NCBI RefSeq assembly: GCF_000315625.1
Contig: NW_005434617.1
Span: 355,085 to 419,084 of the forward strand
Origin: Guillardia theta CCMP2712
Lineage: Eukaryota > Protista > Cryptophyta
Reading direction: 5' to 3'
DNA length: 64,000 nucleotides
In this document: positions 39,785 through 52,999 of the stretch, in pieces
Layout of the letters: the number at the start of each line of letters is the position of its first letter
Position numbering within the stretch: position 1 is the stretch's first letter
The notes under the pieces: model-generated
Seen by the model: the letters and a program-made list of their open reading frames with translations, nothing else
Database searches by the model: none
What the model was told of the DNA's origin: nothing
Translations under genes and position numbers: made by a program

Positions 39785-40462
39785 GGTTTCGTTTCAAAGC
39801 AACAGGACCAGACTAGAACCAAACTTCGTGAAGCTCTTGTCTCTTAGAAAGCAGCAGCATGCTGATCCCCTAAAGAGATAATTATTCAGCCGTGGCAATT
39901 CAAGTCGATCGGTTTCAAAAAGGTGCAGGTAGAGAAGGATATCACAGACTGAAACCATGGCCTGCTTTTATCTATCTGACATCTCTATGAACACTTCTGT
40001 GGCCAGATGAAAGCTCTCATGCAATGCAGCAACGCTGTTTTGCACTTGTTCTATACACAGCGCTTCAACATGCTGCCAAAAGCAGAACAATACTTCAATG
40101 CAGGCAGCTATGATGTCAATAGCTTTGTTTCATCAAGATGAAATGCAGGCAAGCTATGGGATGCTAGTTGATAGGATGCACATACATTTGATGGAAGTTG
40201 TTGTCATGCCTGAAACACATCAAAGGCATTCATGCGTCGAAGACAGCGACGAGAGTACGTGAGAGTTGGTGTGGTTGTTATGGTAGTGAAAGATCAGTAG
40301 GAGGATGAAAACGCAACAATGAAGATCACGATGGTGTTAGTGGCCATGTTGAGAAGGGAGGGGCGCGGAGGAATCCGCCCCAGGCCTCCATTCCTCCCGC
40401 ACGGTCGATGGCATGAATGACGATGGTGATGTTAGCTGGTTGGCCCGGTGCTGTGAGGCGGT

Positions 40463-43400
40463 TTGCTATACAGTAGGTCCAAGGAGGGCGACAATGGCGT
40501 TGCTATGATAGTTGTGCAGTTGGCTGCCATGCAGGCCGGAGGAGCTGAGGATGCGGCTGCTGCTGCGCGTGTGACAGCATCGCAGTTCGCTGCAAGGGCT
40601 CAACGAGAAGGAGCGACGGAGGGGAAGATGAGGAGCGAGGAGGAGCAGTCGTTCCGTGAGCTCAAGTATGAGGAAGCCATCAAGGTAGAGAAGCTGCTGG
40701 GGGATCTGAAAAAGTTGGAGCAAGAGGAAAGGTCGCTTTCCATCGACTTCGAGATGGAGCGAAGAAGAAGCATGTCTCGTCCACCTGGCCTCCAGCAAGA
40801 CAACAGGTGACTAGCGAACCGAAGCTCGTGTGCACTTGACAGTTGCTTCCCGCGTTGCTCCATCCAGGTACGCGGAGATGATGGCAGCCAAGGCAAGCAA
40901 GCTTGAGAAGCTGAGGAGGCAGCGACAGGATCTGATGCTGGAGAGAGACATCATCGACTCAGACTTAGAAGGCATCAAGACCGACAAGCAGGTCAAGCCT
41001 CGTCCACCTATCTTGCAGTCCATGCAGCGGCTGTTCCCGGATAGAACGGAGAAGCTTCGCGAGACTGATCAGGTGCTGGATGAGAACATTCTTGACAAGA
41101 TACGTCAGATGCAGCCAAACTCTCGTGAGGTCTCGTCGCTGCTGAAGACCATGGAAAGAGACAAGCAGAGGCTCTTGCAGCTGCACAGGGAGCACAACCT
41201 TGTCTTGGATGAGATTCAGAGCCAGGACAAGGGGGAAGCAATCGCCCAGTCAACGATCGAGATGCCAAGCAAGAGGTACCTGGAAGAAGCTCGCGAGCGG
41301 CTCATGGTGATCCTTCCCATCCTCTCCCTCACCCTCACCCCTGCTGAGCAGCAGGAGACACAACAACCTCCCGCACGGTCGACTCTCCTCCCCCCCATAC
41401 GAGACGCCAAGGACACCTCTCCTGCGCAGGAGCAGGAGGGGCAGACGACCAGCCTGAGGCGTCCTCTTCCTCCGCCTCCCCTACAAGAGTCCTGGCCTGT
41501 CGACCACCTGGAAGCGAAGGTCGCAGAGGACTCGCGCAGGCCTGCAGCTTCCATGGTAGGGAGAGCGAGCGAGACGAGGATGATGCCGAAGCCAGCAAAC
41601 CTGCAGACGCCTCTCCCGGCCCTTGCACGTCCCTCATCCTTGCAAGAGGAGATACGGCAGCTGCGAAACGAGTACCTGCTGCAGGGAGGACGCAATCAGA
41701 GCTTGCTGGAGGCCATCGAAGCGCTAGAGCGAGAGGCAGCACTCGCCCAGCTACCTTCCTCTAGACCCTCGCATCCGCCTGTGCGTACAAGCTCTGTAGG
41801 TCAGGGAGCTCAGAGAGGAGACGAGAGAGTTCCTGCCTGGTTCTCAGAGGAGATGTCAAAGTTTGAGCAGTACATCCAAGAGAGGAAGGCAGAAAACATG
41901 AAGCTGAAGGCTCAGCTGGAACATGTGTCAGGTCGCTCAGCCGTGAGTATCGAAGATCTTCCTGCTGTTGGTGAGTGACTCTGTGCCTTCAGCTTGCGAC
42001 GGACAGGACCGAGCGCAAGGACGAGGTCTCCTTCCGCATCCCACTGATGGAGGAGGAGGAGGAGTTGAGACAACTGGAGATGCTACCCAAGAGCAGTGCG
42101 ATCTACGACATGAGGAAACAGCACCTCAAGGAAGTCATCGAGATGAAGTACAAGCTCCAACAACTGAAACAAGAAGCAGAGAAGACCGAGCTTGAGAACC
42201 AGGTGCATCGCTCGGAACCAGACAAGCTTGTCAGTGACTGATGCATGCAGATTGAGGAGCAAAGAAAGGAGCACGAGCGACGCAAGTGGGTACTGATGCA
42301 GCAGCAGCAGCTCCTCGAGGCCAAGTACCGCAAGCACTTTGCCAGAGAGAACCCGATCGAGTCTCTTGGCGGCAAGGAGGCGCAGAGTGAGGCCTACAAC
42401 TTCGAGGCCGGGTTTGCTGTCTTCTTCGACTACATCCTGGGCCTGCCGACCAAGGTCAACAATCAGGTCCAAGTTGTCTTCGGGTTCTACCTAGGACAGG
42501 AGCCCAAGACGTCTCCCAAGGCTCTGCCGATGACTGACGTCGACGTCGTCGGCATCAGCAGTCGGAGAGCCGTGCTCGCGCTGAAGCGGCAGTTTATGAA
42601 GGTGTCGCCCAACTCGAACCTGAAGCTCATCGTGGAGGTTCAGTCCGTCAACCCTGCGACCCTCGGCAAGGGCCCCAAGATGGTTCCCATCGGCTGGACC
42701 ATGCTGCCTGTCTTCACCGACGACGACCTCAACCGGGGCTTGTTTCGAGTCCCAGCCTTCATGCCGCCCGTCCGACCAGACCTGGAGAAGGATGACGTGG
42801 CAGGGCTGTACAGGATGAAGGGGATGGAGTTCTACCTCCGGTTGGTTCCCCGCCAGCTCCTCCCATTCCACGACAAGTTCACCGTCAACCCCGAGACCAC
42901 GCAGGTCCAGTACAAGTACCCCAAAGGCCTCGCTCCTCCTGCCGCCGAGCCTCCCAGACCCCTCAAGGATCACTTTGTCACTCCAACCAGCAAAATCGAC
43001 GCGTCGCCGGGGCAGATCACCAGGAGCTTGTCGAAGCCTCGGCCGGCCTCGAAACTCGAAGATTCTGGTGCTGCCTCCCTTCACAGCGCAGTAGCTCCAG
43101 CCCTTGAAGAAGTGGAGCCGGCATGGCCTCTGATCACGTTCTGCGTCAACTTGCAGGAGCTTGACGGCTCTCTCTTTGAGAACTCACACTGCTCGAGCTT
43201 GTCCTTCTTCTTCTTCAAGATCAGCCTCGTCCTCCTCCAGGACGGAGCTGCTGAGATGGTGCCCTTCCAGTGCCAAGAGGTCCCAAGAGAGGCCGGGCAG
43301 CCGTCGGAGCTTCACTCCGGCACAATGTTCACATCGAGTCCTTGTGAGGTCGCCCAGGGTCCGGCGATCTCGTTGCAGTCTGCGATCTTGATGAAAGACA

Positions 43401-45868
43401 TCCCAGTGAGGGAAAACCTGACGGTGATGATCGAGCTTGTGGGAGAGGTGTTGACGACCGGCGAGGAGAGGACTCGCAAGGAGCAGCCCATCGCCTGGAC
43501 GTCGCACAGCCTCTTCAGGAGGGAGCTTGAGACAGAGCTGGAGTTGAACGAGGACACTTTCGAGACCCTTCTCCTCGTCCCTCCTCTGAGAGTGGACAAG
43601 AGCTCGGTGGACATCATAGAGGCTCAGAAGGAGCAGGCGCGCTTGCTGAGCATGGACGGTCTGTGCAACGAGTCGAGCGACATGTTTCTCAACAGCCCCA
43701 TCCCCAGGATTGTCTTCTCCGTCTCCTCTGACTTGGGGGCTGTGCTGGGATCCTCCCTGCTACCTGCCGGCACGCAAGAGCTGAGTGATGCCGATCGGGA
43801 TGCCCTCAGGATCTTCGACGCCTTCGACAGTGAGCCCTGGCTGCCCGCCCCCAAGCCGCCGCTGCTCAAGCAGGTCTTCACGCAGGACGACGGGTTCGAC
43901 GTGTACGTCGACGCCGCTCGGCATCTGCCAGACAACACGACGCTCTCAGCGGTGACCTGCTTCCTCGCCAACAAGCACATGTCCATCACCGGCCAGTTCT
44001 GGAAGGAGGTCGACTGCCGTACCGCCGACCTTCACAACCCGATCTTCCTGGCGCGCAAGGAGTTCCGCAAGGAGGCCGGGCAGGAGTGGGACCCCACGCT
44101 GACGCTGGTGATCAGACTCGATGCGGTCGAGAAGCCTCCGGGCGAGAAGGCGGTCGGGGTCGGCATAGTCGGCTTCTCCCTCCTCAACATCTTCCTCGAC
44201 CCGACGACGGAGCAGCAGCCCGACGACAGCAGCACGCAGGAGATGCTGCTCAATCAAGGGAGCTTCCAGGTCCCCGTCTACATGGTGGGACTGCACAAGG
44301 AGCAGCCGCTCTCTGTGCGCGCGATGGAGGAGGAGAAGCGAAGGCTCTGCACGACTCTTCTCATCCGCTTGATTCAGGCTCCTCGGGCCCCGGACGGGCT
44401 CTCAGTCCTCTCGTCGGCTAGTTACGGGTCCAACGAAGCGCAGATGAAGGAGGCAGGGCTGCTGGTCTGGCCGAAGCCGTATGCTCTTGGTCACTACTCC
44501 AGTGAGTCTTGCAGTCCGACAGAGCAGGAGAGGTACATCTACGAGGCAAGAGAAGTCGAGCCTCTGCCTACCATCGCTGAGTTGCAGACCATCCTTGAAA
44601 TCGAGTTCACCGAGGAGGAGGTAGATGCGACAAAGAACAAAGATGTGTTCCTCCCGGAGAACTTCGAGGTCAACCTGAGCAACTTCCGGCAAGGTAGAAC
44701 AATCCACAATTGTTGAGCTCTCTTGTCTTCTGAGATTTTGTTGCAGTCATCCGGAAGTACTTGAAAGGAAAACCAGCGACAAAGCTCATCGGCTCCAACT
44801 TCAACGTCCCTTACTTTCCCGAGAAAGGCTTTCACCTGTCTGTTGACGGCTTCGATATCACGGCGAGCGACGTGAACATCCTCTGGGCTGCTTGTCTCGT
44901 ACGACTTCTCATGACCCTCACGACTGCCTCTGATCGTTGATCCCTCAGGTCTCCTCCTTCCCGCATGGCACGTACTATCACTCGGAGCATGCCATCACCA
45001 AGGATGTTGTGATCTTTGACGACCTGGACCTTGACTCGGACGTGCAATGCCCGAGGTATCAAGACGCCATGAAGAGCTTCACCATGCAGACCCTCAACGA
45101 CAAGAAGATGTCGGCGATGATCATCGATGTTCGGGTGGTCGTGGATGCTGTGAGGGTGAAGAAGAAGGTTCTTGCTCTCGCTCCCTCGTCCCCTCCTGAT
45201 CTCATCTCAGATGAAGATGTTGAAGGAGAGGAAGACTGTTCAGCTCGGATTCGCGATCATACCAGTGATCCACTCCAACTACGTCATGTCAGGAAACTAC
45301 AGGGTCCCCGTGTACACTACGAGGTCGCAACCGTTTTCGTCCTACTTTGAGAAAGATCAATCATTGGACTCCGTGAAGGAGGGGCCAACTTCTCATCTGC
45401 TAGAGTTCATTGAGAATGGGGTGAAACGACGAGCGGTCGACAGCAGACTCGCTGATGATGCTGCGACAGGTCAACTTTTCCGATGTGTTGAATCAAGCGG
45501 CATCGAACAAAGAGATCTTCAGGGTTGAAGGCGCTTCAGTAGTCTGCAGAGTTGCCGATTGGGTGAGCTTATCAGATTTATGACGAGTCATAACTTCGAT
45601 GCAGACGCGAAGGGAGGAGTACGCTTCCAGGTTCACCAGGGTCGGAGAGCCGAATCGGGTCAACCTCAAGTTGCTTCCCGAGGGCAAGGAGAGGTCTTAC
45701 GTCTCCACTCCTGCCAAGTTATCTTTCGTTCAAGCGTACAAGAAACAGTGAGTCCTCTTGGCAACCGAGCGTCCCCCTCACAGCGCTGCTTGCAGGAAAC
45801 TCGTTCCGGAAACCGTTGTTAACGAATGTCGCATCAAGGCGATGAGCGATCTGAACTTGCAAGGATGA
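40463..45868 (+). CDS. CCDC17-like large coiled-coil + C2-like domain protein
   Basis: Coiled-coil N-terminal part, then AYNFEAGFAVFFDYILGL...PIGWTMLPVF...LNRGLFRVP, which is CCDC17-like. A second beta-rich block follows: GFDVYVDAARHLPDN...LNQGSFQVPVY. Introns are short and the start is approximate. Confidence 0.65.
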
Positions 45869-46380
45869 TAGATGTTGTATTCTTACTGTATGTAGTCTAG
45901 TCTGCTGCCGCTGCCATTGCTCTTTCCATCTTTCTATCTAACGCTGCCTTTCAATGTAAAAGTACTTGAAATCCTATTCTCACGCGAACAATTCTAACGA
46001 ACGTAATGTACAAGGTTCTGAATGATCTGCTGGGGCCTCTCGTGTCCTCGTCAAGTTTTCAAACCTTGACTATGGTCTCTCACTGTTACCCGATCTTTCC
46101 GCAACACATCAACGCCTTCAACCCCTCCTTCCAATCTCCAATTTCCGACTTGCTCTCTCCCTAAGTTGCTACAGTCTGTCAGTTGCACTAAGTTGTTGGT
46201 TTTCAATCTGACATTCGAACTCAGTTCAACTAGTTTAGAGTCAAGTTTTTGACAAAACAAGAAAGCTTCATCGCCTGTTTGAACTGACATTGAGCAGTAG
46301 AAGGAAATTAAAAAGGAATAAAACAAACACGAGATTACGCTGAAAAATTCATACACTACAGTTATCAACGTTTTTCTTGT

Positions 46381-47037
46381 TCAGTAGTACTTCACTTGTT
46401 TTCCTTCCTTGAACTCCTTGAGCTTTTCTTCATAGCGCTGGAAACGAGTGTCATAGCAGATTAACATAAAGAGCACAAGAGATACCGCAATGTTCTGTTC
46501 CGTCCAAACAGCAATACACTGGAAGGAGTAAGCTCCAATACCAGCAAGCAGGAAGTGCTCCCATGGTTCTGCCCAATAATTCAGCGAACGAAAGATATCT
46601 TGAGGTGATCCAGGAAACAATGTGCAGGACAATTCAAACAATAGGATGAGATTTGTGCATATTCATTATGCAAACTCTCCGTTTCTGCTTCGATATGACC
46701 GCTTCCACAGTCTTGGAAGTCACTATAAAAAGCTTGCGAGAGATTCGGAATACATCCAACAATACGAATACAATTCCATACACATACAGTATCATTGACA
46801 ATGTCCCTTACAGCAACACATAAAGTCCTTCACCCTCAAATCGCGAGCTTTCATCACACAGTTGAAGCATCTTGGTGCTTAATGTCATGAACAACAGCCA
46901 TAGCAACGAGGTGTGAGAGGGCCGAAACGAGCACATGTCATAGTCTTACGTCTCAAGAGAGAGACTCTTCGCAGTGAGTTGCTGTACAGCTTCACCAGCA
47001 CCCCAAACGTCGCGCCCATCAACATTTCTCCAGCCAT
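46381..47037 (-). CDS. NDUFC2: Mitochondrial complex I accessory subunit B14.5b (NDUFC2-like)
   Basis: MAGEMLMGATFGVLVKLYSNSLRRVSLLR/EPWEHFLLAGIGAY..W resembles the plant B14.5b pattern MVGALLGLGTQMYSNALRKLPYMRHPWEH (recalled). Two introns. Confidence 0.75.
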
Positions 47038-47437
47038 CCTCGCCGCTTCTGCTGATCCCCACCCCACCCCTGCCCTCAATTTTCCTCAAAATCGCCCTAC
47101 CCACGTGTGGCTGTCTGATCACCCCTACCCTGCGAATTACCCTGATATACCCCCACAACCGGCCTTGCAGACCCCCAAGATCACCACGACGGGTGGTATC
47201 TGGCTAGAAACAAAACACCCACCCTGATGTCGTGGGACCCACCCTATTACATTACAGAAACTAATAGATCTATGGGTGGGTACTTGATGGACTGAAGTAT
47301 ACTTTATACTCGTCCAGGTATAGCGCATACTTCCAAGTGTCGGGAGGAGGAATGTTGGTTCAGCTGTGGGGACCGAGCCGGAGGTATGAGCTGAGAGGAG
47401 CATGAGGATGAAGACTTGACCCCGAAACACTGCTACA

Positions 47438-47495
47438 CCCATCATGACATGTCTACTCCCATCATGACATGTCTTCTCCCATCATGACGTGTTTC
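47438..47495. repeat. 20-bp tandem repeat x3 (CCCATCATGACATGTCT(A/T)CT)
   Basis: Seen directly in the sequence. Confidence 0.85.
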
Positions 47496-47499
47496 CTTT

Positions 47500-49168
47500 T
47501 ACGTAGTCCCGACGATGATGTTGAACCGTACGCCTTCAATTTCAGAGCGTTGATCCGAGGGGTTCCTACATACGAGGAGATGCAGGTGTGAGATCCTTGG
47601 CTGAGCTTCGTGACCTTGATCCTTGACATTGGCAGGAGCATGGAAGCAACTGGGTGGTAGACCAGTTAAAGTCGTTGTGCCATGGCCATGTCGCAGGTGT
47701 TTGATTGGGAAGGTGTCGAAACAAAGTGACAAACCTGCAGGGTGTGCGTACAATGACTTTGAGGGACCAGGGAGAGCCGGCGGATGGAACATTGATTCCT
47801 GAATGACTGGAAAAACGTAGCATGGTTATCATGGAGCCTCCTCTTTGTTGCATTATCAGATACCTACCTAACTGCAATCCGAGCATATACGAGCACAATG
47901 AGACTCATCCCAGCAATGATTCAAGGAAAAAACAATAGTTATTTATGTTTTTGAGAACGAGGCGTATCCCAGTACAAACAAGCTTGAATCTGAATACAGC
48001 TTCCAGTCAGCTTGAGTGCATAAATCGTGTGCATGTTGTACCTCTATTCTGTGTTGAATGTGAGGCAGCCTTGATCAAAGCAGGCCCAACGCGCACTGCT
48101 TTGGGACTGCCCGTTCCAGATATCGGCATAGTTTCTTGTTTGTGTTTGTTTTGTGAGCTGCAAGGAACGTCAATGCAATGCCAGCCCGCAGTCCAAGAAA
48201 ACTCCTTACCATTGGTTAGGAGCGTCCATGATCCGTGTGATTGCGTTGCCAAGAGATTCGTTTGAATCTCGGATCCTGTTTGCAGACTGCATGCGAGACA
48301 TTGATACAGAAAGTATTTGCTGCTGAATGGACTATCTTACAAGTCAGAGGGGTGTGTGAGAAGAGGAAAGCACCTCAATGTTCCTGGCCTGCAAACAAGG
48401 TCCAAACTCCCCCGCATGTTTCAAGGAGCTCCCGACGCGCTTTTTTCCCTGTCTTGAGGCTTGCCTCTGGTGTTGTCCATCACAGACAGCCTGGAGAGAA
48501 CGATCTCAAACACACTGACCTCCCTGGTGCTCGGACGATCTTTCAGCATCTCCGTTACATCCCTTGCTGAGTTTTGTGCCGCCCTAAGTCGTGGAATCCA
48601 TTTGTGCCCATGGAAGCGACTTTCAACATAGTCTGTCATGGCTGCTGCTCAGGAAGAAAATCTTCTTACCTGTTCCGAATGAGAAAGCTCGGATGACGGT
48701 CATGGTGCCTACAATCCTATCAGCGCTAAGAACTTCCTGTGGTGCTTTCACCCACATGTTAGTTGAGTTGGAGTTTTCTATCCTCAAGTCTAGGATTTGA
48801 ACATTATGGTCGAACTTTGCGAACTGAGCACAGCACACAGTATTAGCCCAAGTAAACCGATAGCAACAAATCATTTCGTTAAAATAGCACAGAGGCAGGG
48901 GGTTTACCTCTTTCGTTTGACGAAGGACTGATGGTGCAGAACCGATTCTCTGTGGAGTCATTCGAATGTTTCCCTGGAGCTTGTTGGACCGTCCAGTATG
49001 TCTTGCAGCGCCGAGCTGAGACTCCGTGCACGTATAATCTGCAAGCACGATCATGCTCCATGGCACTAATGCGATCCTCATGCCGCCTCTCTTCTTTCTG
49101 TCCTCTTCCTTGAGATAGTATCTAGTTTCCTTCCAACCATGGAAGCGTCTCACTCCGCCTAGCTTCAT
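47500..49168 (-). CDS. Hypothetical multi-exon protein
   Basis: Open segments bounded by plausible splice sites (ORFs 48623-49168 and 48421-48639), with a promoter-like G-rich region upstream. No recognisable domain. Confidence 0.35.
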
Positions 49169-49419
49169 CCTCGTGCTCTCTCCCTCTATCTATCCCTCAC
49201 GCATGGCTGATAGATCTGAAGAAAGTGAGGGAGGAACCAGCATTGGAAACTTCACTATGGGTGGGGGGTGGGTTGAAGGTACAAGCAAACAAATGGGGGT
49301 GATGATAGAATGAGGGTGGGGGTACTGGTGGTACCAGACCCGGCCGGGTGTTTTCTCTCTGAATGTGGGGTAGGGGGCACCAGGATCAGTGGGAAATAGG
49401 GTATGGGGGCCGGTCCAGG

Positions 49420-49870
49420 ACCACCCACCCCTGATTGTGGCTGTCATGATAGCAGGGCCGGCGAGGGAGGCCCGGGCCACACGACTACGGGTACCTCAGA
49501 GCCTCTAAGTCACCTCCCCGTGACTACCGGTCACGGTAAGGACCGTACTGCCGCCGGTACCGTGGTCAGCCCCTGCCGGGTCCGATCGGGGTACCGTAGT
49601 ACGGGTTGGCGGACTCAGTCTAGCCCAAAAGTTAACAGGTGACTAAAAGTTTCAAAGCCCCCAGCCCTTCTTTACTCAAAGTTAAGTTAAAAATCAGTAC
49701 AGGCTTCAAGGCTTAATAAAAGTGACCCTGACCGTTCCGAAGGCCCGCCACCGTGGCAAGGACGGTACAACTTAGGCATCTTCAGGCCTGGCACTCCACT
49801 GAGGCCTCCCGGGTCCGACCGGGATATTCAGCTCACAAAAACCCTTTCACCCCGGGCCCCGTTATCGGCG
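49420..49870. repeat. Second GC-rich palindrome-rich element
   Basis: Contains GGTACC/CCGTAC/CCGATCGG motifs and the 22-mer shared with the 37.7 kb element. Confidence 0.55.
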
Positions 49871-49999
49871 ATGCCCGCTGTCAGCATCACTGATGATGTA
49901 GCCTGCTACAACAATCATGGGCCAATCCCTCCGTGCTCTTACCTCCTACAATGTCTGCTACGATGTACTCTCCGGTCATCACATCCTCTAACCCACCAG

Positions 50000-52123
50000 C
50001 TACGTCCTCATACATGGCTCCATGTCCTCATCATCCGCCACGCCCTTCCCAGGCTCTGTCTGGGCCCTCAGCGCAGCCTCGAGCTCCTCCAGTCCCTGCA
50101 AACCATGGTCATTATCCTTCACCCTCTCCTCCCTGCCTCCCTGCCTCCCTGCCTCCCTGCCTTGCTTCTTCAGAAGAGGTCCGCTGTCACCGGCAGATCC
50201 TCCTCCCAGCCCCTCCGTGCACTCACCTCCTGCTGCCGCCCTATCACCGACCCCGGACGTATCAGCCGCATCCATCCGATCGCCTCCCTCGCCCTCATGC
50301 CGTAGGTACGCATCATGTACGCAGCTGCCGTGACCCCCCCTCGCTCGTCAGCTCCTCTCTCCTCCCGCCACCCTAGCCCGCCTACCTGCCGCGGTCCCCG
50401 TCTTCCCCAGCCCGTGCTCGCAGTGCACCGCCCCCGCCCCGTGTGTCCCGTCCACGGCCTTGACCAGCCGCCTCACCGCCACCAGTGACGGCGCCTCCCA
50501 GTCCTCGTCGGCGAGGTCGAGCACCTCGATCCCGCAAGCCTGTCCGCCCCTTCCCCGTCAGCCTCAGCTGAGCCCCTCCGGCTNNNNNNNNNNNNNNNNN
50601 NNNNNNNNNNNNNNNNNNNNNNNNNNNNNNNNNNNNNNNNNNNNNNNNNNNNNNNNNNNNNNNNNNNNNNNNNNNNNNNNNNNCCGTCGCCTCCTACCTC
50701 CAGCGCCTCCTTGCGGTAGGCCGGCTCTTTGCTCAGCCGGATGATGCGTCTGACTCGCATGTCTCCGAGCAGCTCCCCGACGTACCGCGGGTGGAACTGC
50801 GCCTCGTCACCTGCTCCCGCCCCGCGCTCTCGCTTCCTCCCGCCTACCACGCGCACGAAGCCCTCGTCCCACCAGTCTCGCTCCCCCATGGAGTCCGACG
50901 GCGCCTGCGCGTGCGGTCGGCTCAGCGGCGTGTCGGGTCCAGCAGAGCTGGAGCAAGCCCAGGGCACCTTGAGCGCGACCAGCTTGCCCGGCACAACCTG
51001 ATGAAGCCCGCCGTTGTACGGGTTGTCGTAGTGCTCGTACTCCTGTGCGCCGAGTCGCGTCAGCCGTACGGGCCGACAGCCTGTCTTGGCCTACCTCGAG
51101 GTCGAGCTCGCATCCTCCCCTCCGGTCCCAGCTTGATATCCACCCCAGCTCCTATCGCAGCAGCGCTCAGGCCAGCAGCTGGACCCCTCCCCCCCACTGA
51201 CGTCAGCAGCGTCTGCGTACCTTGGCCCTCCATAGCCCTGCCCACACGTCCTCGATCAGCAGCTCAAACCTGCTCGACCCCGCAGCGACTGAGCCGCCTC
51301 ATGTCAGCTCCCGCACCCTCCTTGACGGGTCAGCTCGCTCACTGTCGCGGTACGGGGGGAGGCTCCGGAGGGCCCGCCTTGCTTCAGCGCTCATGTCCGG
51401 CATCGCGTCCTGGCACCTGCCCTCGAGGATCTGCCACACGACCCCCGACCCTCCCGGTCAGATCTCCTCCCTCCCGCCCCCGAGCTCGCGCCAGGGTGCC
51501 GTACCAAGTGAGCCCCGACGAGCATGACAGCGTTGGCGCAAGCTTCTTCCTCGTGCGGACACGTGAGGACGACCGTCTGCTCCAGCAGCTGAGCTCTCGC
51601 GATCTCGCTCCCCCACCTCCCTGCGCCTCCTCCTCGCCCTCACCTTGTCCTCGCGGCTTCGCAGCCTTGCCGTGAGGGCCTCCGAGAACCGCATCACCGC
51701 GCTGTCCCCGCAGCATGTCAGCCCATGACGGGACGCGGCTGACCCTCCTGCCGCCTGACCTGATGCTGACCGGCTCGAAGTCTCGCCCGTAGGGGAAGTA
51801 CTCGAGGAAGCGACTCATCTCCATCTCCTCCTGCCTCCTGCACGCGCGTCAGCTCCTCCGACGTCACGGGGCTTGTCTGCTCTCATAGCAAGAGCAAGCG
51901 AGCAGCAGCCGGCTGCCCTACCGGGGGTCGAGGCTGGTCTCGTCCGAGCAGCCGGCGGCGAGGGAGATCCTGTCGGCGAGGTCGATACTGCAGTGAGAGA
52001 GACCAGGGCCGGAGAGTCAGCTAGACACACGAGCATGGCGACAGAACTGACGCACATGGTGCCGGCGAGCCATGGGAAGTCTTGGGACGCCTCGTCGTGA
52101 GGGTGGGTAGTCGAGATACGCAT
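50000..52123 (-). CDS. Cdc14-like dual-specificity phosphatase, copy 1 (CX5K P-loop; contains an N gap)
   Basis: EYFPYGRDFEPV, ANAVMLVGAHLV, FELLIEDVWAGLWRAK, EYEHYDNPYNGGLHQVVPGKLVA, VRRIIRLS, AVHCEHGLGKTGT and AYMMRTYGMRAREAIGWMRLIRPGSVIGRQQ. The start is tentative. Confidence 0.8.
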
Positions 52124-52999
52124 ACGGGAGCTTGAGCGAGGAGCGAAGACCGAGGAGCTGGAGGCGGCAGAGGGCTGAGAGGTAGAGGAGGCAGAGGGCA
52201 GCGAAGAGCTTGCGTGAGGGGAGGAGAGGGAAGGAGAGTTGGTTATGGCGATGCTTTTGACTGCGGGGGAACGTTGAGGGCGAGAGGGGTAAAAAGAGTC
52301 AGACGGGGAAGAGCCATGACCCATGAGGATGAAAGGGATGCAGGTATCGTGCTTCCTCGGTTTTATGACCCATGAGACTGCTTCGTTTGGACTGACCTTA
52401 AAGCTTGTCGCGAGCTCTCCGAAGAGCTTGCGTGGGGATAGATGTTCGGGGGGGAGGGGGTATAAAGCCGTAGTGTTTACGATACGTTGCGAGATGAGAC
52501 GATACGTTGCGAGATGAGACTTTCTCAGAAGGATCCAGGTCTCGTTCCATTGGATCACCACTATTCTATTCGTCGTCAGACCCGATAGACTGGAGGTCTC
52601 GTGCTGCTTGGATGGATAGATATTTGACTGGCTCACAAGATGCTTTTGTGTTGGTAGTCGAGATACGCATGCCACAACTCACAAGCAACTTTTTCAAAAC
52701 TTGCCATATATAACGAAAAGGCTGCGTGATGTCACCCTGTCTTTTGAACATGTCGTGCAAGATTTGAAATTTCTGAAGGATATTTACGAGATGATGCTCC
52801 AAACCAAGATACTCCATCCTTCGTGGGTCAGACATACATATGAACGCGATTACAGGGATAGGGGCATAAAGCTCAGGCACGTACGATGCGACGCTAGATG
52901 AAGATATAGGTCTTGGCAATTATTCGCTTCAGATCCAATAGACGGATTGTAAGATATGTGAGATATCTGAGGGGGGTCCTCAACCCCGGAGCCTCCGAA

